This document shows positions 51,836-64,000 of a stretch of 64,000 nt of DNA, piece by piece. How positions within the stretch are numbered: the stretch's first letter is position 1; the number at the start of each line of letters is the position of its first letter. Under the pieces are notes generated by a model. It searched no databases. It was not told where the DNA came from and was given only the letters and a program-made list of their open reading frames with translations. The stretch is from Lingula anatina (lineage: Eukaryota > Animalia > Brachiopoda). The DNA lies in contig CM120649.1 in assembly GCA_051362555.1 (NCBI GenBank), positions 14,942,001 through 15,006,000 on the forward strand, written 5' to 3'. A program made the position numbers and the translations under genes.

Positions 51836-53149
51836 TTTTCTCATGTTTCTTCATTGACCATTATTATTCATGGCATTATTACGCGATGCTAGTTTTTACG
51901 ATGAATTTCGTCGACTATGACTGGAAAGCGAAAGTGATTGACTTTTTGAGTTTTAGATTAATTTACACAACTTCACAAGGAAGTTGTATCTATGAGTCAT
52001 CAGTTCAGCTTCAGCTTCCAGGAGCCACATGAATGGAAATATTTGGTTATTCAGTGAAAGTAAAGCCCAGCAGTAAATACGTAAAAATGGCGTTTAAAAT
52101 TATCAGTAAAATCTTAAATGGGAATGCTGCCAGTGTGTACAATTTGCTTTTATACTTGCTGTGTACTAGTGCATGTACTGTAATTATGTGCATAAAACAA
52201 AGGTATTATATGCTCTTCACCTCAGTTACATGTACCAATGTACAAGTGTCTAAGAAACAGACAGTTCCTAGTAGTCTTTTTAGCTGGGAACTTCTACAAT
52301 GTGTATGTGGAGACCATTTTGGATATCTGAAATCTGCAGCTACAGGTTATGAAACACAGTTCACATTGAGATCATGATCAACATTTTCACCTTAACTGAA
52401 CTGTGACATACTGTATTATTTTACTTTTCGGACATCGAAGATTGCTGTTGTGAAGAGAAGTTATGTAAGGCTACACATGTAGTGACATAACACTGAGACA
52501 GCAGTTTGGAGAAACACCGGTAGCGGGTGTGTGTTTGTGTGCGTCCTTATATCACACAGTTGTGTAATCAGCTGTTATATATGCATTCCTGTATCACTGG
52601 ACAGGTGAGTAGAGGGCTTACTCATTTCTTCCTAATTCTTTGTTGAATTTTATATTGAAACAAAATGCCGAATCAAATAAGTGTTTGTTAACACATGTAG
52701 CAGTGACTGGTTAACTAATAACAAATATGTATGCACTGATGAATTATAAATGAAGTGATTTGATGAGTATGAAATATGGGACAAGGAAAACATTCTAAAA
52801 TGTGAAAGAAGGATTAATTTTTTTGTTTTGAAAAATTTTTATTAGTAACTGGATTTGGTGCCTAATGATTCTTTATAATCCACATAGATAAAATAGTTGA
52901 AAATAAACAGGGTACATGAAGTGCATTAAATTGTTTTGCATTTTAGTCAAATAATTATGTTTATTTTATGTATTTATCAAGTACTCGCGAACTACATATG
53001 CATGTATTTCATATACAGCATTTTGTATATTTTCCACTCTTTACACTATTTAATTTCATGTGCATTATATTATTCAGAATTGTTCTCTGAAAATCATTTA
53101 TTTATTCATTTATTTATGTTAATTAATTTAATTAATTCATTTACTTTTT

Positions 53150-53197
53150 ATTCATTCATTCATTCATTCATTCATTCATTCATTCATTCATTCATTC
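53150..53197. repeat. (ATTC)n microsatellite
   Basis: Direct reading. Confidence 0.9.
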
Positions 53198-53765
53198 AGT
53201 CCAAAATATATGACAGAGAATGAATAGAAATTGACATTACATTGTTGATTCCAGACAATCAGACTGTACGGCAGGGTCAAGTCTCTGGCAGCTCTAGTGC
53301 TCTTCTCATCTCACCTCCAGCTATCAGATACTCCCCCCTCAGCTGCATTTCACCAAGCTGCAAGGTGAGGAATTCTGTGTATAAATACAGTGGAAATGAC
53401 AAAAGGAATAACTGAATAGGTGTATAGATAAATCAGTGGATAGTTAGATGAATGTATATGTAGATGGAAACAAAGTGAAGTAAAAAAAGAACTAAGTATC
53501 CTAAAAAAGAGAAAAAAAAAGATAATTTTTTCATGGATAAAGTTTTCAGGATTATGCCTGATTTCAGGGTTTTCAGTCTTCACTCTGATTGTTTTTTTTT
53601 TTTTTTTTTTTTTTTTCCATGTAGATTAAATGCGATGAGAAATTGCATGTTACATTTTCTAGATTTTCAGTTTTCACAACTTTCACCCCTATTATTACAA
53701 TGAAATAGATCCATAGCTATCGGTAAAACCTAGGAATCGTACATTTTAGCCAAAATCCCAACAAG

Positions 53766-55633
53766 ATGACCTCCAAGCTAGAGGAAGCCAGGCACAATGC
53801 ACTGTGGGGACTGTGTATAGCTGATGCACTAGCCATGCCTGTACACTGGTATTACAACCCTGAAGACATCAAGTACGGCTATGGGGATTGGCTGACTGGA
53901 TATAGAGCACCCAATCAAAAACACCCTAGCAGCATCTTGTCCCTGTCTGCCGTGGGTAAGGGGTTATAGTACTAGCCTAAATGTGTAGTATTGATTTTAG
54001 GTATTATAATTTGAACTTGTCAGTTTTATTCTTGACCTATTTTATAAAAGCAAAGAATATATTTTCATAGGAGATAATAATCTTTATTTATTTATTATAT
54101 ATTTAATTTACATTGATTAATCATCTGATAATATTTTATTACAAGGCAAAGTACACCCTGGCTATAATTAAATTTTAGGTGGATGGTAAAGTGTTGAAGG
54201 TTGAATGTTTAAGAGTGGTATAAATCATCTATTCAAAATTGTATAATTTATAAATTGATCTCTCTGATATTTAAAAATATTTGAAAAACATTCTTCCTCA
54301 GACGGCAGTGGCCGCAGTGGCTGGCATGCCAAGTCGAGACCAGTAGTGGGCAATGTTATCCTGCAAGGCAAGGAAAAGTACTGGATGTCTTCGAACAGAA
54401 ACACCCACTACCACCAAGGTAAACTGAGTTTACTCCAAGTAGATGACACAAAATACAGAATAAAGTTTTGTATATTCAATAAAAAGATCCGGTTTTGAAT
54501 TTAAGTGGTAACAGAGATTTTATAAGAATAAAATGATATTTTAAAGAAAATTATTTTCTACCACTCATTTTGATATTTATCTATATATTTATGAAGTCAC
54601 GGAATTATACAAGATAAAATTCATCTTGCATTGAAAATTCAAAGGAACTTTACAGACACTTCAATATTAGAGACCTAATTTTAGTCATATTGAAGCCTTA
54701 CGATTGAAGGAACAGTTTGAATTAATTGCATAATTTACAAAACTGATAAATTACTAAAAGAATACTTTTTATCAACTCCCATACATGTACATGTAGGTAT
54801 GAAGGCTGGTGATAACACCCTCAATGCCCTGTGTGCAGTGCGTGTGGCAGACGTCCTCAAGAAGACTGACCCAGATGGCAAGCTGACCAACAGGGAGATC
54901 CAAGCTGCCGTCCTGGAGGACTATGTCCAGTTTTTGACCACACCCGACTCCCACAATGACACCTATGCCGAGTCTTTCCACAGGGCCTTCTTTAAGGACT
55001 GGGACAATCTCGATACTCCACCCAGGAAGGGGAAAGAGATTTTGGAGTTTGCTGAGAAAAGGTAAAATTCGAAATCTTTTTTGTTTACATTTCAGGCTTG
55101 TTAATTTCATTTCTGACTAATCAGTTTTTTTATTCAGAATTCTAGACAAGACAAGTGTTTGTTGACAAGCAAAGTCAATGCCTTCATTATTACACACACC
55201 TCTAAGTGATTTAATTCTTGTTTTAAGTTTTCAGATTTCTTCCTTGCTTCCATTTTAAGGGACTGTTAATTTGAGTTTTAGAATGTGTCTTTGCTCTATA
55301 ATTTCCTCTAAAAATGAGCTTTTTCATTGTTTCAAAATTTTTTTTAAATTTAAGCTATATGCTTTTTCTCTACTCCAGGTATGCCCAAAGAATGAAAGAA
55401 AGCCCAGACTCCCAGCTTGCTGTGATTGGTTCCTTTGTCATGGCGATTCCATGGATACTCCACAGAGCCAGCCAATCAGCTGATGACTGTGCCAAAGCTG
55501 CGGTGGAGTTTGTTCGTCTTACCCACCCTGTGCCCAATCTGGAAACCTATGTGGATCTATATGCAAGGTATGCTGTCAAATAATAATAGTAATAATAATC
55601 ATAATAATCATAAAAATAACAAAATACTACTAC

Positions 55634-55674
<41 letters not shown>

Positions 55675-58600
55675 CATCTCATTTTATTGTCATTTTTATA
55701 GGATGTATTATTTCCTTCAAGTGAAGAAGATACTGCACTAATCACCTTTTTCCCCACAATAGAAAATAAAATGTGGACATAAAATGAGCTTCTTCAGCTT
55801 TGCGATGTGACTTACATATAACTCAGCATCTTTTTGAAAACCCCAGCCTGTGGCTTGGTTTTGTCATTCCCTTTGCACCAGTACTAGTATCTTCCTACAG
55901 TGACAGTAACTGTTTGTGTAATAATGTCTTCCCATAATACAACAGCAATTGTTGATATAGTAATGTTCAATGTCTTCCCATAATACAACAGTAATTGTTG
56001 ATATAATAATGTTCAATGTCTTCCCAAAATACAACAGCAATTGTTGATGTAATAATAGTTACAACAGCAACTGTTGATGTAATAATGGTTAGTGTCCTCA
56101 TAATACAACATTAATTGTTGATGTAATAATGGTCAATGTCTTCCCATAATACAACAGTAAGTGTTGATGTAATAATGTTCAATGTCTTCCCATAATACAA
56201 CAGCAATTGTTGATGTAATAATGGTTAGTGTCTTCCCATAATACAACAGCAATTGTTGATGCAACAACTTTGGTTTTCCATGTGTATGTTCACGTCATGA
56301 TTTTTTTTTTAGACTGTTGCATGCAGTTCTCAATGGAAAATGTCTCAGGAAGGAGGCAATGACAGTGCTAGAGCACAAAGAGATGGGTGGAAGAAAGAAA
56401 CTGGAAAAAGTTTTGAAATTCATGGAAAAAGCGGAAATGTAAGTGAAATTCTTTCACATTATTAGTTAATTTTGTTATCTATCTATGACAATAATGAAAG
56501 CTATTTTTTATAGGATCTGAATTACTTTCTTTTATCTACTGATATTATTACACATAAAGGCGATGATAAAGCCAAGAATCAAATACATAATTAACTATGA
56601 TAAGATACGTCTAAGATCTAATATACCAAAGATTGGACACTCGGCAATTCTTCAAAGGGTAATCCGATTAACTGTGGAAAGACGTTCGTACGGCGGAAGT
56701 AGTCAGTCGCGTTGTGATCGTGCGCAGGTAGAGCTCTGTTGCATGTGGGCGATTTCAAGGTAGGTAAATTACCTCTTTTAGTCTTGTAGTTTCTCTGAGA
56801 ATGTATGTGCAGAAGGGAAAACTAACAGGGTTCACTTGTGTGTAAAATATGCAATATTTTGGAGCAGATATTATCGTGAAAATTTGCCTTCAATCCGTTG
56901 TTGCATTCAAATTAGCAATATGGCGACAGACAAGCGAGTTTGAATGCTTTGTTACCTAAGGTCTAACACGGGGAGTTTAACTTTATGTACGTTGGTTTTT
57001 ATATTACTGATGACTGAATAACACTGTCGTTTTATTGGTTGATAATTTAATTTATAGTAGCTTAGTTTTCTATGAAAATTTAAACAATACTTCGGGCAAT
57101 AAAGCAAAATGGCGGTGCTGATCATAATCGCCGGGGTTAAAATGCACAGCCGAACACGAAAGTGGATCTATACAATGCGTTGGCAGTTTAACTGTGTCCA
57201 TCTAAAAAAGTAGTGGAAGGTCGTAGGGTCAAACTTAGCTAAAGTTTAGCTTTTTTTCTTAGGAATATTTAACGGTAAAAATGACAATAACACAAGATGG
57301 CGGCGACTTTTGTTATCGATGGGCTTCAAATGCACAGCCGAACACGAAATTAGATCTGTACTATGCATTGGCAGTTAAACTGTGTTCATCTAAAAAAGTA
57401 GTAGAAGGTCGTAGGGTCAAACTTAGCTAAACTTAAGCTTTTTTTCTTAGGAATATTTAACGGTAAAAATGACAATAAAACAAGATGGCGGCGACTTTTG
57501 TTATCGATGGGCTTCAAATGCACAACCGAACACGAAATTAGATCTGTACTATGCATTGGCAGTTAACCTGTGTTCATCTAAAAAAGTAGTGGAAGGTCGT
57601 AGGGTCAAACTTAGCTCAAATTTAGTTTTTTTTCTTAGAAATATTTATCGGTAAAGATGGCAATAAAACAAGATGGCGGGGACTGCAACTGGTGATATTT
57701 TTATCCAGGATTTATACCTAAGTAATGAGAAGATTGCGTGAAAATGTGCCTCACATCCTTATTTTTATTTTTTGTTTTCAGATGCCATTAAAATGGGTCA
57801 AGGCCCGCAGGAGAAAAAATAAAGAGCAAAATCTGGCAGCAAAATCAAAAGGTAAGCTTTCTGGTCTATAACTAGAACTTTTTAGTTTATGGAGTTGAAA
57901 GTAAAATGTCTTACATACATGGGCACTATCAATCTGTCCCTTGTGTGTCATGCTCAGTAAGATATTTCCACTGTACCGACAACATTATTACCAGTATCGG
58001 ATACAAAAAGGCAGGTGCAATCACCACAGTGGATTGAGTGGAATTATACAAATGACAAATAATAAGAGACTAGCACATGTCAGAACCTTTTTGACAGTAA
58101 AATATTATTTTATTATTTCGGGTGAATGTCATAATGCAAGTGTTGCAGATGATTTAGATGCACCACTGTCAAGTTTGCAAAGTGATTGTAAACAATCAAA
58201 AAGACACACAGATGTATTAAATAAGCAAAATGGTAAGCTGCCCGAAATTAAATATTTAATTTTTGCTCGATAGTTTTACAAGTGCAGGAAAAGCTAGGTC
58301 AGTGTTGTCCGTACAGTGGACTTTAACATAACATGAGCAATTAACACGTCAGCATCTTTTTAACTGTGTGATAATATTTTTTTTCAGATATATGTTGCAA
58401 TGGAAGTGATTCTGATGACGACGTACCTCTGTCAAGTTAACTCGGTGCTACTCAAGAACCTGACAGGCACATTGATATTTCAGCAAATGAACCACCATGA
58501 AACTAGCCATATGTTGTTCTTCATGAAAAACAAATATATCACTATAAATTGTCTCCCTTCTGTAAACTCTGAAGTCAAGTCTAGGTTGGAATTAGTCAGT

Positions 58601-60556
58601 AGTGCTCTTAACAATAGATAAATATTATCATCACGTGCATAATTTTTATTGAATGAGATATTAATGTTGAAACAAGTCAAAATAGGGGGAAAATGCTATA
58701 ATTCTTAGTCGTGTGAAACTAGTACTCCTAAATAAATTACCTATCTGTTGTGATTGTGTAACAGTCAGTGGTATCTAAAGGTGTTAACATTTTTATTTGC
58801 ATTTCAATATCTGTGCCTTATTAAATCTATAATAAAATGCTTATGAACAGAATATGACTTGTATTATGTTACTTTATCAGCCGGAAATGAATGATCAGTT
58901 TTAAATGCTAAATCTGATGAAATATTGATAATTTTTAGCAATCATCTTTTATTTAGTCATTTTTAGTGAGATGGAAAACAAAATTGTTACACATATTATT
59001 CTTCCAATACATTCTGTGGAAGATGTTCAAAAGGCATATGTTTCAAAACAGATTTTGCAGAGTTTAAAAATATGTGCATGATTATGAAGTCGCAAGGAAA
59101 CTATATTGCATGTGTTCTAAAAATATGAAAAAACGAGTTTACTTTTATTTGATTGTCAGTATAAAGATATGTCTTACCTTTCACTATCATTATGAAGTAG
59201 GTACCCAAATTAGTGTTTGTGAAAGTGAAATTAAAAACTACTTTTTCTTAAAGGATTTTTTTTTTCAGTCCTTTTTGTTTCACCGATTTGCAACGAATGT
59301 TCTGGTGAATTTGAATTGATTATGCTCTAAAAGAATGACCGCTAATAGTGACGAAGTTTTACAAACAGGCATAATAGATCAAGTTTCTGTTTTGGTGTAG
59401 CTTCACCATTCAGTTTCTCCCAGTGATTAGCATGACCTTATTGTCCAAAACGGCATCGAATATCACTATCTGTTACGTTGATGATCTCGTCACGTTTCCG
59501 GCTATAACTCCAAGTTGAGTCAATTTCTATAAAATGGCAGCTGTTGTTACAGGTAGTGCGCTATTGGGTATTGCCTCCTCTGAATATAAAGTATTAAGAC
59601 AACTACGAAATGTAAACAAACTGTACATCTTTAGAACTTTTTAATAAAAAACTCCACGTGTGCCATTGCTTATCCAATATGGCGGATCTACTTGACGACG
59701 ATGTGGCGTCCGCGAGAATGCACGAGAAATCACGCTATTCGCCAAACACGGGTTAGGTACAATGGGGATTAAAATTAAGCCCGGCTATCAAAACAACTTA
59801 AGGGGAACAATAGAGCAATGTTTACCCGTACGAACGTCTGGTCAAAGGGAAAATGCCGCTGTCCAATCTTTCTGTTTATTAGATCTTAGGATACGTGTCT
59901 TTGCAGTAAAGCCAATTTATGATCATTGAATAAGATTTCAGCAGACTTATTTTGCGTTTTTCTCTCCATAAGGCTACCCCGTGGATCAGAGGAGAGGTTG
60001 AACATGTACCAGGAAGTGTCATTCACACTGGGCTCAGCCTGCTATATTCAGGGTGCCATGTCCACCATGTTGTTCACTGCTATGGAGTTTCATGAAGACT
60101 TTGAAGGAGGTGTCTTGGCTAATGCAAACATTGGAGGCAAGTTTTTTTTTTTAATCTTCCTGATTGAAGTGTTTTGGTATCTGAAATTGTTTTGTTATTA
60201 TCAATAGGAGAAAAAGAAGTGTAAAATTTGATATGTTTGATTATAACTATTGCTGCAGAGAAATTGTGATTCAACTTTATGCTGACAAACTGACATGTAA
60301 TATGTTAAGTATTGGTTTTTTTTTGTATTGTAAATTTATCTTTTAGTAAAAATAATATTTTATTTAAACTAATTTTCTAGGAGAAAACTGTCACAGGGGG
60401 GCAGCACTGGGTGCCCTGCTTGGAGCTGCTACCACCCATCATGGTGTCGGAATTCCTGCTAAATTTAAAGCTGAACTGGGGACATCTAGGGAGAAGCTGA
60501 GAGAGCTGACATCAGTGAAAAATGAGGGGATTCCCAAGCCATTTCAGGGGGTCTAA
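53766..60556 (+). CDS. ADP-ribosylglycohydrolase (ARH/DraG/crystallin J1 fold) family protein, ~408 aa
   Basis: Exons 53766..53955, 54302..54418, 54797..55061, 55379..55567, 56313..56438, 59973..60136, 60381..60556; 1227 nt, phase-consistent, last intron GC-AG. Motifs ALWGLCIADALAMPVHWYY, AGDNTLN, VRLTHP, ACYI, ANANIGGENCHRGAALGALLGA. Confidence 0.85.
55920..56266. repeat. 46-bp minisatellite, ~7 copies, each with a caaca-gcaat-tgttg hairpin
   Basis: aatgtcttcccataatacaacagcaattgttgatgtaataatg repeated with period 46 (55927, 55973, ...). Confidence 0.85.
56602..59901. mobile_element. Putative ~3.3-kb non-autonomous element with imperfect ~50-bp terminal inverted repeats, filling intron 5
   Basis: aagatacgtctaagatctaatataccaaagattggacactcggca versus tgccgctgtccaatctttctgtttattagatcttaggatacgtgtctt; no TSD or transposase recognised. 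Confidence 0.5.
57105..57682. repeat. 188-bp tandem repeat, ~3 copies
   Basis: aatgcaca(g/a)ccgaacacgaaa at 57141, 57329 and 57517. Confidence 0.9.
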
Positions 60557-62332
60557 GTTGCAATAATTTCAAATTGCTCTCCACTTGAACTGTTCCGTAT
60601 ATAGAGAGCTGAAAAGTACAGTGATGTCCAGACTGCACAAAAGATATGGTATTATACATATAATTATATGAAAAGATGCTAGATTTTTTCCCCTCAGTTT
60701 GAATGTTATATTTATTGCAAAACACTAAGGACAGTATGGTCAGTATTTGTATTCATCGTCAGGTTCTACTTTTTTGCTGCTTTTTGGGACTACCTCAGTA
60801 GACTTCTAATCACATCTTAGGGGCAGAGGACAAATTAGTGTCTTCTTTTATAATTATTCTAAATGCATACAACGATGAAACATGAGACAGAAGAAGCACA
60901 GTCACTGCCCAAGATTAATGGCAAGAAAGTTTCAGCTATTATAATTATGATATTTTTTGTGTTATTAGAAAGGTGGGTATTATTTGCTCTCTTCTTGTTC
61001 GAGCGCCATCTGTGTTCCTTCTTTCGTGTGATTCTAGTTACCTTTGATCTCAAGTGATTGTTTAAATCCCTTTGGTTTCACGTGGTTTTCTATATTAATA
61101 GTTCAGGGTCAAATTCAAACTTGCGTATCTGACATGTTTGTTGATGAAGTTTTTCGTGATCTTAATTTCATTTCATCACTGTCTAGTCCTCTACCTCTGC
61201 TTTGTCATGGTAAACTTTGTTGTAAAGATATTCAGTTCCACTGTCATACATTCTAAGGAGGATTATAAAGGTATGATGAAGGTGTGTAGTTAAATTTGTT
61301 TCTTATTGATATGTACAAATTTAATTACTATTTTACTGCTTTGCTTTTATTGTTGTTTTAGGATACAATACTGACATCAGGGTTTTTTTTCAATAAAGAA
61401 TACTGAATCCCAAACTGCATCATTTTACTTTTTGACTGAACTCGTTAAAATGGGAGCATTATCCTAAATGAAGTCACTTTACAATTTTAACATTAAAGTC
61501 CATTGATAACTGTAACTAAGTCAATTAAATTACCCAAAAGGGAAATAGGGAAATTTCTTTTTAGAGCTTATTGTTTTTTATCAAGTTAAGATTTTTCATT
61601 TAAATATTAGAGCGGAAAATCGCTGGTTTTAGCAAATTAAGTCCGGTTTTTCTCTTATTTATTTATTTTATTATATTTAAAGGCTTATTTTACTGTTTAT
61701 GTTCCCCATCAATCCTGGCCTGACATATCTTTAATGTAACCTCCCACCCACAAAGCACTGAATTTTGCAACCAATCTTCGTTTTTTCATAAGATAGGCAC
61801 GAATTAATGGCTACCATGCCAAACAAACAGCAGTAACAAAAATTTCCCTCGGCCAACCTTGGTCACTGTTTACTGGCTTTTTAATTGTATAGGAATCTGA
61901 ATCTAAGTAGAGTATAGTATAAGTTGTGGGAATAATATTTGGGTTTATTTCCATGGCCAATTGACAGGATTTAGAGCACCTCCTATGTAAAATAGTATCA
62001 AAAGCAAGCTGGTGTGCTACCATAAATACTCGTAAAGTCTCCTATAATTTTCTTTTTCTTCATTTTCTTCTGCTGAAAACAAACTGTTCACTTGCACTTG
62101 TTGATAATAGATACGAGACCAAAGAGAAAACTAGAACCAAACCATAGATTTGTACATGAGTCATTTATCATGATAAATATTTATAACAGCTTTGTTGTTG
62201 GTACGCTTTTTATAGATATATAGATACTTTATTTACTTCGAATTTTTAGCTGAAGCACAAGAAGTAAAGAAAAGCATTTTTCTTTTTCACAGTGTCACAT
62301 ATCGATGGTAATTCATTATTTTCTAAAGTCAT

Positions 62333-63622
62333 TTACTTTCCTCCGGTGAAATGGTCGACGACGGTGCCGGCGGCGTCTTTCCCAGTGTTGATCATACCGT
62401 GGATTGTGTGGTTCATGTTGTGGAAAGTTTGACCTGACGAAAAAAAATAAGAAAGACATAATTAACATATAACTAGTGCTGCCACAATATCAAACAAATA
62501 AGACATTTCGTTGTTGATTATTTCGTGAACTGCAAATGCTAAGTTTTGGAAATTCTGGCAAATAACAGAGATATAATTTATACCAACAGCTCGGTCATAT
62601 AAGCGAAGAGATTAAACAAAATTCAGGTAATCGTTATATAGCAAGCACGTCTTTTCTGCATCAGCAAAATTATTGCCTTATATAACTTATCCCGTAAAAG
62701 GAACGCCCATCTAACAGCCGTGAACGTTTCGGAAGAGTTGGGGTCTTTTTCGTTTCACTAAGGTTATATTATTTCTCGAAACAAAATGAACATCCGTCGG
62801 CTCAGCTAAGGATGCAAGATATCATTTTGGCTTCTTAGGACCGATCCTCTTATCCATGGCCAGGATGCAACCTTAAAGGGATAATAACTCTTCGTGCGAT
62901 ATCTATATTTCACAATAAAAACATTGTGAACAACTCATAGAAATATAATATATTTTGTTTTACCACAAAAACGGCAGTTATAGATATTATTCTGATATCT
63001 GAGCTTGTCTTCAGATCACGTGACCTCCATTGATAGCTGTACTCAGGTTATAATCTCTTAAGAGATTTTAACAAAAAACCTAACTTTTTAGAAAAAAAAC
63101 AGGGACTAACTTTGAATGTAAAAATGGATTCATTAACCATTGGTAAGTATGGGAAAATTGTTGTTCACTCTAGGAAAATTCATTTTTTGGCCAAAACGAA
63201 GAGTTATTATCCCTTTAACTGAACGGACGGGGTGTTGTCGCATTAAAATACTGGAATGGAAAAGTGATACCAAGGATCTCAGCGGCAGCAGCCTTAAGGG
63301 CAGTCAGGGCGTCTGTGCCGTGCTGAACCAAGAGATTGCCCTTGTCCTTCAAGTCCTGCACGTGACCGGACAGCTTGTCACTCAGGGTGTTCACGTGACC
63401 ACTGACGGCGTTCCACAAGTTGCTGGCGTGGCCCTTCAGGGTCTGGTGGAGGGTCTTGGCGGCCTGGAAAGTGTGGCGGAAATAAGCTACATGTTGTTTT
63501 AGAAGAATTTGGAAGTCTGGTACATTCACATTCCTATGGCATTTGCCTTATTTTACTGATGTTTAGAAAAAATGTAATTATACCGCACTGTCTCAATGTG
63601 GTGCCCACGCAACTCATGGTTT

Positions 63623-63661
<39 letters not shown>

Positions 63662-64000
63662 TTGCCTTTTGCAAATGTTTTCATATTTCAGTTCTGTTGG
63701 CATGGCTTTCGTCTAATATTTTCGAGTTAGTAAACAGTCACACACAAACACACACACAGTGACACACAAACAGATAGAGAGAGAGAACAAGATGACCGTT
63801 AACTCACGCTGACGACTGTGTCCACGTGTGGTTTAAAAGCTTCAGCAATTGCACTTCCGGCAGAGGCGGTGGCATTCTTGACACTTTCCCACAAGTCCTT
63901 GATGAAGCGTCTGCTCCTGATGCCAGACAGCACCTTCTGGGCTTCATTCTTCAGGTACTTCTCAACAAGACCCTGGAACACGCCGCTGAGGCCGGTGCTC
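62333..64000 (-). CDS. 3' part of an unidentified amphipathic alpha-helical, His-rich protein with a furin-type site (gene starts beyond the right edge)
   Basis: Exons 63808..>64000, 63271..63463, 62333..62433 are GT-AG and phase-consistent: ...STGLSGVFQGLVEKYLKNEAQKVLSGIRSRRFIKDLWESVKNATASAGSAIAEAFKPHVDTVVS/AAKTLHQTLKGHASNLWNAVSGHV...AAAAEIL/GQTFHNMNHTIHGMINTGKDAAGTVVDHFTGGK*. Codon usage is GC-rich. Confidence 0.75.

Overview
AT-rich, intron-containing eukaryotic DNA, most likely from an invertebrate animal (inferred from gene content and repeat types; the species cannot be named from this window). 1-21 kb is a paralog cluster of type I membrane proteins built as signal peptide, C-type lectin domain (CTLD), ~100 Gly-X-Y collagen-like triplets, Thr/Arg/Phe 11-mer repeats, TM helix and a short tail. 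It has two complete divergently oriented genes (A minus, ~663 aa; B plus, ~677 aa), the first two exons of a third copy (C) running off the left edge, and decayed exon scraps. 24.8-50 kb (minus) is a 17-coding-exon beta-PIX/ARHGEF6/7 ortholog with a candidate alternative last exon. Head-to-head with it (plus, 53.8-60.6 kb) is an ADP-ribosylglycohydrolase-family gene. At the right edge is the 3' part of a gene for an amphipathic helical precursor-like protein. Introns and spacers hold an L2/CR1 LINE fragment, a tyrosine-recombinase remnant, a tRNA-SINE, several MITE families, a nested TA-TSD transposon/Helentron carrying a 146-bp satellite, and minisatellites. Exon models were built by hand from splice signals and reading-frame phase; there is no transcript or database evidence.
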